Assembly: GCA_031364925.1 (NCBI GenBank)
Contig: JANLXC010000131.1
Span: 423-64,422 of the forward strand
Direction of reading: 5' to 3'
DNA: 64,000 nucleotides
Source: Burkholderiales bacterium
GTDB taxonomy: Bacteria; Pseudomonadota; Gammaproteobacteria; Burkholderiales; Usitatibacteraceae
A program made the position numbers and the translations under genes. Within the stretch, counting starts at the first letter, position 1, and each line of letters starts with the position of its first letter. The notes beneath the pieces were generated by a model that saw nothing but the letters and a program-made list of their open reading frames with translations, made no database searches and had not been told where the DNA came from. Of the stretch, positions 32,307 through 41,194 are shown piece by piece.

Positions 32307-33596
32307 TCAACGGACGCTGAAAGGAGCCGCGTACGGCCGCCCGAACGCGACTCCGCCGGCCACCGTCTGCACCGGGCGGATGTGCACCTTGCCACTGCGC
32401 TTGTTGTTGCGCGTGTCGACGAACTCCACCGGTCCTTCGACCACCTCGAGGATGGTCGCGTCGGCGGGGGCTCCCACCTGCAGCGTGCCGAGCTTGGGCA
32501 TCTTGCCGATCGCGTTGGCGGCGTTGACGGTCGCCATGCGCACGACGTCCTCCACCGAGAAGCCCATGTTCATGAACTTGCTCATCACCCAGGTGAGGTA
32601 GGGCATCCCGGGCGAGTTGCCCGAGAACACGTGGATGTCGGAGGAGATCGTGTCGGGGCCCGCGCCCTGGGCGATGGCGGCCTCGGCGACGGTGTAGTCG
32701 AAGGAGCCGCCGCCGTGGCCCACGTCGAAGTGCACGCCGCGCCGCTTTGCCTCGAGCGCCGCCGGCAGGAGCTTGCCGTCCTGCACGATGTTGGTGAAAT
32801 CGTTGGTGAGGTTGGGCGCGCCCGAGTAGCAGTGGGTGAGGATGTCCTTCGGGCGCAGGGCGTCGAGGATCTGCGACATGAGCTGGCGGTTCTCGACGCC
32901 GCCGATGTGGCACATCACTTTCGCCCCGGCCACTCCGGACAGCTCGCAGGCGCGGATGGCGCGTTTCAGGGGCTCCAGGCCGTGCTTGGCGATCACGTTC
33001 TCCGACATGCGCACCTTGATGCCGATCACGATGTCGGCATTTTCGGCGAGCGTGCGCGCGGCGTCCTCGGTGCGCGCGTAGTCGATGTTGTAGAGCTCGG
33101 CGATCGGGAAGCCCGTGAGGCCGATGTTGGCGATGTGCACGAACGCGTAGAGGCGGGTGCGCGTGCTGGCCACGATGAAGCGCCGGAAGGCGGCGAAGTT
33201 GTTCGCGCCGGCGTCGCCCGCCGAGATCGCGGTCGTCGTGCCCTGGTGCGGCACCAGCTCGTCGGCGGGAATGCCGATGCCCGAGCCGTAGGGATAGGTG
33301 TGCGCGTGCAGGTCGATGAGGCCGGGGGTGACGAGCCGGCCCGCGGCGCTGATGACACGCAGCGCGCGCTCCGCGGGGATGTCGGCCTGCACCGCCTCGA
33401 TCACGCCGTTGCGCATGCCGATGTCGCGTACGCCTCGCAGGCGCTGGCTCGGATCGAGGACTTCTCCACCCTTGATGACGAGGTCGAACTTGTCATTGGG
33501 CCCCATGGCGGCGCGCACGGCGCCGGGCAGCGTGGCGAGCGTCCCGGAGGCGGCGAGACCGAGGATGAAGCGGCGGCGGTCGAAGCGGTTCTTCAT
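32307..33596 (-). CDS. Tat-exported amidohydrolase family protein (deacylase/dihydroorotase-like)
   Basis: From ORF 32307..34205. Start at MKNRFDRRRFILGLAASGTLATLPGAVRA (twin-Arg signal, ATG 33596). LIDLHAHTY metal motif and a C-terminal beta-sandwich region. Confidence 0.85.
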   Translation of the reverse strand: MKNRFDRRRFILGLAASGTLATLPGAVRAAMGPNDKFDLVIKGGEVLDPSQRLRGVRDIGMRNGVIEAVQADIPAERALRVISAAGRLVTPGLIDLHAHTYPYGSGIGIPADELVPHQGTTTAISAGDAGANNFAAFRRFIVASTRTRLYAFVHIANIGLTGFPIAELYNIDYARTEDAARTLAENADIVIGIKVRMSENVIAKHGLEPLKRAIRACELSGVAGAKVMCHIGGVENRQLMSQILDALRPKDILTHCYSGAPNLTNDFTNIVQDGKLLPAALEAKRRGVHFDVGHGGGSFDYTVAEAAIAQGAGPDTISSDIHVFSGNSPGMPYLTWVMSKFMNMGFSVEDVVRMATVNAANAIGKMPKLGTLQVGAPADATILEVVEGPVEFVDTRNNKRSGKVHIRPVQTVAGGVAFGRPYAAPFSVR

Positions 33597-33707
33597 GTTT
33601 TCTTTTCCTCCGGTTAGGATGGGACTTCGCGATGCATCCTGCGGGCGCGGGCAGCCCGGGTCAAGGGGGAGGGAAAGTGGCGAAAAGGAAGGCGAGCACG
33701 GAGTGAG

Positions 33708-34265
33708 ATGCGGGCGCGCAAGCTTCCGCGGTCCTTCTTCGACCGCGATACGACCGTCGTTGCCCAGGATCTCCTCGGCAAGCACCTGGTTCACGTCGTC
33801 GCCGGCGAGGCACGGGTCGGGCGCATCGTCGAAACCGAGGCCTATCTCGGGCCACACGACCTCGCGGCGCACTCCGCGCGCGGCCTCACGCCCCGCACCA
33901 GGGTGATGTTCGGCCCGCCGGGCCACGCGTACGTCTATCTTATCTACGGCATGCACTGGTGCATGAACGTGGTGACCGAGGAGGAGGGCCATGCCTCGGC
34001 CGTGCTGTTGCGCGCGCTCGAGCCGGTCGCCAACCTCGAGGGCCGCACCCAGGGTCCCGCTCTCCTGTGCAAGGCGATGGGCATCACCGGCGCCCTCACC
34101 GGCCATGACCTCCTCAGCGACGACCTCTTCATCGCCGACCCCGGCCCCGCCCCGCCCATGAAAATCGTGAAGCGCCCGCGCATCGGCGTCGACTACGCCG
34201 GTCACTGGGCGCGGCGCCTGCTGCGCTTCTACATCAACGAGAATGCGTTCGTGTCGCGGAAGTAA
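33708..34265 (+). CDS. mpg: DNA-3-methyladenine glycosylase (Mpg/AAG family)
   Basis: 185 aa. IVETEAYLGPHDLAAHS ... RTRVMFGPPGHAYVYLIYGMHWCMNVV is the family signature. Confidence 0.9.
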   Translation: MRARKLPRSFFDRDTTVVAQDLLGKHLVHVVAGEARVGRIVETEAYLGPHDLAAHSARGLTPRTRVMFGPPGHAYVYLIYGMHWCMNVVTEEEGHASAVLLRALEPVANLEGRTQGPALLCKAMGITGALTGHDLLSDDLFIADPGPAPPMKIVKRPRIGVDYAGHWARRLLRFYINENAFVSRK

Positions 34266-34273
34266 GGTACTTT

Positions 34274-34366
34274 TAAGGGGTCAGATTACTTTTCGATCTT
34301 CAAAGGGGACACATTACTTTGGCTAACCTGTCCCACTTTACGATCGAAAAGTAATCTGACCCCTTA
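34274..34366. repeat. palindromic low-GC intergenic element (perfect 25-bp inverted repeat around a 43-nt core)
   Basis: Left arm TAAGGGGTCAGATTACTTTTCGATC (34274..34298). Right arm, its exact reverse complement, at 34342..34366. The core holds a GGGACA/TGTCCC stem and a near-copy of the arm (AAGGGGACACATTACTTT). It fills the gap between two convergent stop codons. Confidence 0.85.
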
Positions 34367-35176
34367 CTTCGGGCGGTGCCAGCCGTCGCTTGCGTGCAGG
34401 AAGCGCTCGGTGGGACCGAGCTCGAAGACCTTCGAGTGGTCGTTCCACTGCCAGTGCTCGATGACGATGTCCTCGGGCGTGATGCGCAGCGTGTTGAAGG
34501 TATTGGACTCGCCGCGCGCGCGCACGGAGGTCGCGGTGCCGGCCTGCACGATGAGCGCGGCGTGGCCGGGGATCTTGTAGCGCTCGCTCGAGCTCGATGT
34601 GTTGGTCTTGTGCAAATGGCCGGACAGCATGATGTCGGCGCCGCACTCGGCGAACTCCTCCATCGCTCGCGCCGCGTGGTCCACCAGCTCGGACTCGTCG
34701 TGGTCATCGGGGACGTCGAAGGGGTGGTGGGTCACGATGATCTTCGCCACGCGCTCGTGCAGGCCGCAGATCTTCGCCTTCACGCTCGCGATCTGCTCCT
34801 TGTTGATGTTGCCGTCCTTCCAGGTGAGAGAACGCGCGGTGTTGACGCCCACCACTGCGATCTCGTCGTCGATGTAGGTGGGCTCGAGGTCGTCGCCGAT
34901 GATGCGCTTGTACTTGTTGAGCGGCGTGAAGAGGCGCTGGAAAATGTTGAAGAGCGGCACGTCGTGGTTGCCCGGCACGATGAGCTGGGGCTCGGGCAGC
35001 GTGTCGAGATACGCCTTCGCCTCGCGGAACTGCTCGGGCTTGGCGCGCTGCGTGAGGTCTCCCGAGACCACGATCAGGTGCGGCGCGATCTTCTCGATGC
35101 AGGTGCGAAGCGGATCGAGGAGCTCCGCGTTGACCTTGCCGAAGTGCAGGTCGGAAAGATGGACGATCGTTCTCAT
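34364..35176 (-). CDS. metallophosphoesterase (calcineurin-like)
   Basis: 270 aa. VHLSDLHFG, VVSGDLT, PGNHD, VTHHP, SGHLH motifs. The stop codon lies inside the right arm of the palindromic element. Confidence 0.9.
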   Translation of the reverse strand: MRTIVHLSDLHFGKVNAELLDPLRTCIEKIAPHLIVVSGDLTQRAKPEQFREAKAYLDTLPEPQLIVPGNHDVPLFNIFQRLFTPLNKYKRIIGDDLEPTYIDDEIAVVGVNTARSLTWKDGNINKEQIASVKAKICGLHERVAKIIVTHHPFDVPDDHDESELVDHAARAMEEFAECGADIMLSGHLHKTNTSSSSERYKIPGHAALIVQAGTATSVRARGESNTFNTLRITPEDIVIEHWQWNDHSKVFELGPTERFLHASDGWHRPK

Positions 35177-35185
35177 GGCTTTTCC

Positions 35186-36100
35186 TCAGGCCTCCGCGGG
35201 TGCAGGCGCCGGCACGACCACGCGCAACGCCCCGGGGCGAATGCGGTATTCGAGCGGCGTGTTCATGTTCGTGACCTCGCCGTCGGTCGCTACCGGCAGT
35301 GACTTGTGGCGCGTGGCGATGCTCACGGTCCCGGCGGTAAGGGCCTCGAAATCGCGCTGCTGCAGGAGCGTCCCGGTGAGGGCGTGGACGGCGAGCCCCA
35401 GGAGGCCCCGGCGCCCTTGCCTGCGCGTGAGATAGATGCCGAGCTTGCCGCTGTCGAGCCGCTCGCGGCTGCCGACGCTCAAGCCCTCGACCACGTACTC
35501 GTTGTTGCCGATGAAGACGAGGGGCGCGCGGCGGGTCTCGGCCTTGCCGTCCACTTCGAGGCGCACGTCGATCATCGGATGGCGCCGCAGCACCGCGAGC
35601 GTGGCCCAGAACGCCGCATGCCACTTGCTGCGCCCGAGCCGGCGGCGCTGGTTCTCTCGCACGCGCACCAGCTCCGGGTAGAGGCCGAGGCTCGAGTTGT
35701 TGAGGAAGATGCGGCCGTTGACTTCGGCGACGTCGATGCGAGCCTGGTGATTGCCCACGACGACGCGCGCCGCGTCCTCGATGTCGAGCGGGATCTTCAG
35801 ATCCTTGGCGAAATGGTTGAGGGTGCCCAACGGCAGCACGCCCATCGCGCTGTCGCTCCCGGCCACGGCGCATGCGACGGCGTTCATCGTTCCGTCGCCG
35901 CCGCCGCCGACTACCACCGGGTGCCCCGCCCTGACTGCGCGCCCGGCCACCTTCACCAGCTCCGATCCGACGCGCACGGGCATGATCTCGACCGCCGCGC
36001 CGGCTTTTTCGAAAGCCGCGGCGACCGCCTCGATCTGGGCCTCGTCGTAGCCCTTGCCCGCCGTCGCATTGACGATCACGGGAATGGGGTGGCCCATCAA
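35186..36100 (-). CDS. diacylglycerol/lipid kinase family protein (YegS/LCB5-like)
   Basis: 304 aa. VIVNATAGKG ... VVVGGGGDGTMNAV ... LPLGTLNHFA. Confidence 0.9.
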   Translation of the reverse strand: MMGHPIPVIVNATAGKGYDEAQIEAVAAAFEKAGAAVEIMPVRVGSELVKVAGRAVRAGHPVVVGGGGDGTMNAVACAVAGSDSAMGVLPLGTLNHFAKDLKIPLDIEDAARVVVGNHQARIDVAEVNGRIFLNNSSLGLYPELVRVRENQRRRLGRSKWHAAFWATLAVLRRHPMIDVRLEVDGKAETRRAPLVFIGNNEYVVEGLSVGSRERLDSGKLGIYLTRRQGRRGLLGLAVHALTGTLLQQRDFEALTAGTVSIATRHKSLPVATDGEVTNMNTPLEYRIRPGALRVVVPAPAPAEA

Positions 36101-36822
36101 ACCGCCGCCGGGGCGGAGCCGCTACGGCGCTTGGCGATTTCGCGCACCAGGATCAGGGAGAACACCAGCCACGCGGTGCTGAGGCTCACCGCCCCGAGGA
36201 CGTCGCTTACGTAGTGCGCTCCGAGGTAGATGCGCGAGAAGCCCACCACCGCGACCATGATCGCGCACGCCATGAGCGCGAGGATGCGCGCGGCGCTGTT
36301 CTTCATGCGCCACACCATGTAGGCGGCGAGGAATCCGTAGAAGAGCGTCGCCCCCGATGTGTGCCCGCTGGGAAAGCTTTGCGAGGTGAGGGTGGTGAGC
36401 AGCGGATCGTCCCAGGTGGGTCGGGCACGCCCGAACGCGAACTTGAGCATCGTATTGAGGATCATCCCGCCCCCGAGGGCGAGCGCGAGGGACCACACCC
36501 AGAATTTATCGCCATGCCGCCACAGGTAGAACGCCACGATCAGGGCCAGCCCGGCCAGGCCGACCGGCGAGTGGAGCTGCGTGATGGCCAGCAGGATCGC
36601 CGAGAATGCCGGGCTGCCGTGGGTGTGCAGGTACACCGAGACCTGCATCTCCTGCTTGAGGATCGGAGAGCTGCTCGCGACGCTGAGCGCGATGATGCCG
36701 AACGCCACGGCCCCGGCGACCAGGACCGCGATCGCGATCCAGAACCGCACGTCGCGGGGACGCTTGATGTGCAGCGCCTCGACGACGGCCTCCTTGGCCT
36801 GCGCCTTCACTACCGTTTCCAT
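36097..36822 (-). CDS. PAP2 family membrane phosphatase
   Basis: From ORF 36097..37086. Start at METVV (36822), or MIEPQ (36858). KFAFGRARP ... PSGHT ... SRIYLGAHYVSD acid-phosphatase motifs. 4-nt overlap with the kinase gene. Confidence 0.85.
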   Translation of the reverse strand: METVVKAQAKEAVVEALHIKRPRDVRFWIAIAVLVAGAVAFGIIALSVASSSPILKQEMQVSVYLHTHGSPAFSAILLAITQLHSPVGLAGLALIVAFYLWRHGDKFWVWSLALALGGGMILNTMLKFAFGRARPTWDDPLLTTLTSQSFPSGHTSGATLFYGFLAAYMVWRMKNSAARILALMACAIMVAVVGFSRIYLGAHYVSDVLGAVSLSTAWLVFSLILVREIAKRRSGSAPAAV

Positions 36823-36892
36823 GGCCTTCCCTTTCGCCCGATCCTGGGGTTCGATCATTGACCGGGCGATGCGTTCGCACCGAGAATCGCGC

Positions 36893-37687
36893 ATGACCCG
36901 ACCGATCCCCCTCCTTGCAGCCTTCCTCGTGCTGGCCTCCTGTGCCTCCGCGCCCTCCATCTCCCCGGCCTTGCGCGACCAGATGGCCCCCACCGGGGTG
37001 CTGCGCGCCGCGGTGAACTTCGGCAATGTATCGCTCGCGCAGAAGGACCCGGCGGGCGGCGATCCCCGCGGGGTCGCCCCCGACATCGCGCGCGAGCTGG
37101 CGCGGCGCCTCCGGGTGCCGATCGTCTACGTGATCTACGACACCGCCGGCAAGGTGACCGAAACCGCGCAGCAAAATGCGTGGGACGTCGCCTTTCTCGC
37201 GGTCGACCCCGTGCGCGCCAAAACCATCGCCTTCTCCGCGCCCTATGTCGAGATCGGCGGTACCTACGTGGTGCGCAAGGATTCGGCGCTGCGCAAGGTG
37301 GCCGACTTCGACCGCAAGGGGGTGCGCATCGCGGTCGCCAGGGCATCGGGCTATGACCTCTTCCTCACGCGCACGCTCAGGAATGCCGAGCTGGTGCGTG
37401 TCGCGACCTCCAGCGCGGCGGTAGACCTGTTCGTCGAGCAGAAGCTCGATGCCGTCGCCGGCATTCGCGAGCTGATGACGCAGATCGCACGCCGCGACCC
37501 GGGCCTGCGCGTCATCGAGGACAACTACATGACCATCGGCCAGGCCGTGGGTGTGCCGCGCGGGCGCGATGCCGCCGCGGCGTACTTGCCGGGCTTCGTG
37601 GAGGAGCTCAAGGCCTCCGGCTTCGTGGCCGCATCCCTGAAGCGCAGCGGATCGGAAGACGCGATGGTCGCGCCCCCGGCGAAGTGA
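36893..37687 (+). CDS. ABC transporter substrate-binding protein, family 3 (amino-acid type) lipoprotein
   Basis: From ORF 36581..37687. Start at MTRPIPLLAAFLVLASC (lipobox). SBP_bac_3-like body. Confidence 0.85.
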   Translation: MTRPIPLLAAFLVLASCASAPSISPALRDQMAPTGVLRAAVNFGNVSLAQKDPAGGDPRGVAPDIARELARRLRVPIVYVIYDTAGKVTETAQQNAWDVAFLAVDPVRAKTIAFSAPYVEIGGTYVVRKDSALRKVADFDRKGVRIAVARASGYDLFLTRTLRNAELVRVATSSAAVDLFVEQKLDAVAGIRELMTQIARRDPGLRVIEDNYMTIGQAVGVPRGRDAAAAYLPGFVEELKASGFVAASLKRSGSEDAMVAPPAK

Positions 37688-37693
37688 ATTTGC

Positions 37694-38521
37694 CTACCGA
37701 GGCAGGTTCGCTTCGATCAATGCCCTGGAGATCGACTGGGGCGGCGACAATTCCGGCAGCGCATCCCCGGGCCCGAACCATCGCGCCTCCGCGATCTCGT
37801 CGGCATCGACCCGGATGTCGCCCGACGAATACTCCGCGGTGAATGCGATCATGAGGGAGCCGGGAAACGGCCACGACTGGCTGCCGAAGTAGTGCAGGTC
37901 CTTCACGAAGAGCCCCACCTCCTCGTGCACTTCGCGATGCACCGCCTCCTCGGCCGACTCGCCCGGCTCGAGAAAGCCCGCGAGCGCGCTCATGCGCCCG
38001 CCGGCCGGCACCGCGACGTTGCGCGCGAGGAGGATGGCGTCGCCCTTCTTTACCAGCACCATCATCGCCGGCGCGATGCGCGGGTAGGCGGTGTGGCCGC
38101 AGGCGCATTTCATGGCGCGCTCCCCTTGGGTTTTCGCCATGAGCTCGCCGCAGGCGCCGCAGAAGCGATGGTTGCGCGCCCAGTCGGCGATCTGGAAGGC
38201 GCGGCCCGCGATCGCGAGCGTCTCCTCGTCCAGGCGCCCGAAGAGCGAGCGCAGGCCCTTGAAGAAGAATCCCGCGGGGGGCTTCACGTCGCGCGCCACC
38301 CACGCCGTCGCGCAATATTCCCCGCCGTGCACGCCCACCGGAAAGACGTTCCCGGGCGCGATGTCCAGGCCCTTCACCACCGCCGGATCGGGCAGCGCGA
38401 GGTCGCTTTCGCGCAGCAGCATCTCGCTCGCGCGAAAGACATACGTGCGCGGGCTGTCGTGCGCGATCGGCGCCAGCAGCGAGCTGAATGTGGACGGCGT
38501 GACGATCAAGCGGCTAGCCAC
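37694..38521 (-). CDS. nudC: NAD(+) diphosphatase / NADH pyrophosphatase
   Basis: 275 aa. Zn ribbon CGACGELMAKTQGERAMKCACGH and Nudix box GFLEPGESAEEAVHREVHEEVGL. Confidence 0.85.
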   Translation of the reverse strand: MASRLIVTPSTFSSLLAPIAHDSPRTYVFRASEMLLRESDLALPDPAVVKGLDIAPGNVFPVGVHGGEYCATAWVARDVKPPAGFFFKGLRSLFGRLDEETLAIAGRAFQIADWARNHRFCGACGELMAKTQGERAMKCACGHTAYPRIAPAMMVLVKKGDAILLARNVAVPAGGRMSALAGFLEPGESAEEAVHREVHEEVGLFVKDLHYFGSQSWPFPGSLMIAFTAEYSSGDIRVDADEIAEARWFGPGDALPELSPPQSISRALIEANLPR

Positions 38522-39974
38522 CCCATGCCTTGAGGTTAAGGAACTCGCGGCGGGTGCGCGGCCCGTGGGTGACGAACGCGGGGTCGGGGCGCTCGCGATA
38601 CTCCTCGCGCCCCAGCGCGACGCGGTCCTTCAGGTGCTTCTTCAATACATCCTCGGGGATGGAATACACCTTGAGCGCATTGAGACCGAACACCTTGCGG
38701 CGTAGCGCCGGGGTGATCTCGGGATAGCCGTGCTTGTCGCGCAGCTCCGCGGCGATCTGGAAGGTGCGAAACGCCTGGATCTGGTCCTGCGGCGAGCCGT
38801 ACCAGATGGAGTCCGTGCCCCACAGCACGTTGTCCTGCCCGCAGTGCTTGAAGAGCTTGCCGAGCGCATGGGCGGCGGAATCGGGGTTGCGCATGAGGAA
38901 GCGCCACGTCGAGCCCAGCTCGGCGAAGACGTTGGAGCCGGGCTTCACGCCATTGGTGGCGAGGCTCGTCACCAGCGAGTCGATGCCGTCGGTGCGGGCG
39001 GGGTCGTACGGGCCCTCGGCCTTGTCGGCGGCGAATCCCGAGTGATAGATGAGGAAGTTCACGTCGGGGTAGCGTTTCGCGACGCGGCCCACGTCCACGC
39101 AGGTCGAATGCTCGTAGGAGCGCGGGCCGAAGGCCAGACCCTTGTGGATCGCGATGTTGCGGATGCCGAGCTTGCGCGCCTTCTCGATGAGGGCGATTCC
39201 CGGCTCGTCGTCGAGGTAGAAGCCCTTGCCGTCGGGCCCCCACTGCGTATAGGTCTTCCAGGCCGAGATCCGGTAGCGGGAGGCGAGCTCGTCCATGCCC
39301 TCGAGGTCGCCCGGCTGGTTGGGATTCACGCGGCCGTGGATCAGCAGGCGATGGGTTCCTTCGAGCTTCTCGACGATGCGCGCGGTGGCCTGCGCCTCCT
39401 CGATGGTGAGGGGCTCGCCCTGGCGCGTGGACGGGACGAAGGACAGGACCATGAGGTCGGTGTCGGAGTCGAGGAACACGTCCTTCACGAATTCGTCGGG
39501 GCCTATGCATTGAAGGTAATCGAGCGTGCCCGGGCCTTTCGACGGTCCGCACGACTGGGTCTTGGGCATCTGCAAGGGACGCGCGCTGCCGGGAAGCTTC
39601 CTCGTCCACGCGCCCGTCGGGTTCACGAAGTGTCCCTGCACGTCGAAGATGAATTCGTCGCCGTCCACGGCGCTGCGTGCCGCGTATTGGTCGAGGCCCG
39701 CTTCGCGCGGCAGCTCGAAGAACCCGCCGCGCTGTCCCTGGCTCGCGTAAGCCGCGTTCATCTCCATCAGCGTCGTCGCCACCCCGCAGGCGGACACGAG
39801 AAACGTGCGCCGGTCCAGGGCGAGACGCTGCGCGTTTTCGCCCGCGGCCTCCAGCGCGGCGCGCCGCGCGAGGTGGTGGACCGGCTCGAGCGCGATCGGC
39901 TCGAACTCGCCGTTCGTCGCCGCGTCGATCTTGACCGGCAGCCGCTTTCCCTCGGGGTCGTTGAAATAACGCAT
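38514..39974 (-). CDS. amidohydrolase-2 (TIM-barrel metal hydrolase) family protein with twin-Arg-like motif
   Basis: From ORF 38514..40040. Start at MRYFNDPEG. DRRTFLVSACGVATTL. FIFDVQGHF ... IAIHKG ... LWGTDSIWYG. Confidence 0.8.
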   Translation of the reverse strand: MRYFNDPEGKRLPVKIDAATNGEFEPIALEPVHHLARRAALEAAGENAQRLALDRRTFLVSACGVATTLMEMNAAYASQGQRGGFFELPREAGLDQYAARSAVDGDEFIFDVQGHFVNPTGAWTRKLPGSARPLQMPKTQSCGPSKGPGTLDYLQCIGPDEFVKDVFLDSDTDLMVLSFVPSTRQGEPLTIEEAQATARIVEKLEGTHRLLIHGRVNPNQPGDLEGMDELASRYRISAWKTYTQWGPDGKGFYLDDEPGIALIEKARKLGIRNIAIHKGLAFGPRSYEHSTCVDVGRVAKRYPDVNFLIYHSGFAADKAEGPYDPARTDGIDSLVTSLATNGVKPGSNVFAELGSTWRFLMRNPDSAAHALGKLFKHCGQDNVLWGTDSIWYGSPQDQIQAFRTFQIAAELRDKHGYPEITPALRRKVFGLNALKVYSIPEDVLKKHLKDRVALGREEYRERPDPAFVTHGPRTRREFLNLKAWGG

Positions 39975-40096
39975 CTCCCCGATTTTAGAGAAAACTGGTG
40001 TCGGAGACCAATTTTCCGAGGGCGGCGCACGCCAAGGCATGAACGAAATGGGGCACCCGCGAGTCTGACGCTTCTCGTTCGCTCCGGGGTCCCGCC

Positions 40097-40633
40097 ATGA
40101 ACCGCAAGCTCGCGCTCGCCGCGTTTTCCGTTTTCGCCGTCACACCCTGCGCCTTCGCCGACTACAAGGTCGGAATGAATGCCATCGACATCAAGGGTGT
40201 CGGCGCCTCCGTGGGCAGCATCACCATCTCCGCCGACGGCAAGGACGGCGTGGTCCTGAAGCCGGACCTGAAGGGCCTGCCCGCGGGCGACCACGGATTC
40301 CACATTCACGAGAAGAACAATTGCTCGGCGATGCAGAAGGACGGCAAGCTCGAGCCGGGCGAGGGCGCCGGGCCGCACTTCGACCCGAAGAAGACGCACA
40401 GGCACGCCGGCCCCACGGGCGGCGGCCACATGGGCGACCTGCCGGTCTTGAAGGTCGGCGCCGACGGCACCGCCACCACGCCGATGATCGTCGTCGGATT
40501 GAAGCTGTCGGATTTCCGCAACCGCTCGCTGATGATCCACGCGGGGGGCGACAACTACGCGGACCAGCCCAAGCCCAACGGCGGCGGGGGCGCGCGCATT
40601 GCATGCGGCATGGTGCAACCCGGGCAGAAGTAG
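40097..40633 (+). CDS. sodC: periplasmic Cu,Zn superoxide dismutase
   Basis: 178 aa with a signal peptide. GDHGFHIHEKNNC ... GHMGDLPVL ... LMIHAGGDNY ... GGGGARIACG. Confidence 0.95.
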   Translation: MNRKLALAAFSVFAVTPCAFADYKVGMNAIDIKGVGASVGSITISADGKDGVVLKPDLKGLPAGDHGFHIHEKNNCSAMQKDGKLEPGEGAGPHFDPKKTHRHAGPTGGGHMGDLPVLKVGADGTATTPMIVVGLKLSDFRNRSLMIHAGGDNYADQPKPNGGGGARIACGMVQPGQK

Positions 40634-41194
40634 ATGCCTGCCCGTCGAGTAGCCGTGATCGTCGGCAGCCTTCGCAAGGACGCGTTCTCCCGGCGCGTGG
40701 CCAACGCCATGCGGGCGATGCAGCCGGCCTCGCTGAATCTCGAGATCGTCGAGATCCGCGACCTGCCGCTGTACAACCAGGACCTCGAGACGGACAACCC
40801 GCCGGCGGCATGGACCGCGTTTCGACACGCCGTGAGCGCGCACGACGCGGTGCTCTTCGTCTCGCCCGAGTACAACCGCTCGATCCCCGCGCCGCTCAAG
40901 AACGCGATCGACGTGGGCTCGCGTCCGTACGGCAAGGCGTGCCTTTCCGGCAAGCCCTGTGCGGTCGTCTCCACCTCGCCCGGTGCCCTCGGCGGCTTTG
41001 GCGCCAATCACCAGATCCGCCAGGCGGTCGTGTTCCTCGACATGCCGACGATGCAGATGCCGGAGCTCTATGTCGGGGGCGTGGAAAAGGTGGTCGCCGC
41101 CGACGGTTCGGTGCAGGCCGACACGCGCCAGTTGTTCGAGAAATTCCTGCAGAAATTCGCGACCTGGATCGAGCGAAACATCGCCAAGGCCTGA
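40634..41194 (+). CDS. NADPH-dependent FMN reductase (ChrR/YieF-like)
   Basis: 186 aa, starts the base after the sodC stop. VAVIVGSLRKDAFSRR ... LFVSPEYNRSIPAPLKNAID. Confidence 0.9.
   Translation: MPARRVAVIVGSLRKDAFSRRVANAMRAMQPASLNLEIVEIRDLPLYNQDLETDNPPAAWTAFRHAVSAHDAVLFVSPEYNRSIPAPLKNAIDVGSRPYGKACLSGKPCAVVSTSPGALGGFGANHQIRQAVVFLDMPTMQMPELYVGGVEKVVAADGSVQADTRQLFEKFLQKFATWIERNIAKA

Noticed and set aside
32207-32320. 37-codon plus-strand ORF (MILARLAAASHGKGLG...) in the sRNA-candidate region
   Set aside because: It has no convincing SD and reads straight through the intrinsic terminator and into the convergent gene. An RNA function is more plausible.
33597-34205. N-terminal extensions of real genes (also 36823..37086, 56130..56861, 58634..58756, 19811..19843, 1883..1909)
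   Set aside because: The extensions precede obvious signal peptides, Tat motifs or SD-supported starts. They overlap neighbouring genes or promoters and have shadow-type composition.
36844-36862. GGGGTTCGATC, resembling a tRNA T-arm
   Set aside because: The flanks cannot form an acceptor stem or anticodon arm. It lies in the PAP2/SBP divergent promoter region.
40321-41190. First 290 codons of the 661-aa ORF 40321..42306
   Set aside because: This part overlaps sodC and the FMN reductase gene in another frame and is Arg/Gly/Pro-rich. Only the section from the DUF72 N-terminus (41191) onward is kept.
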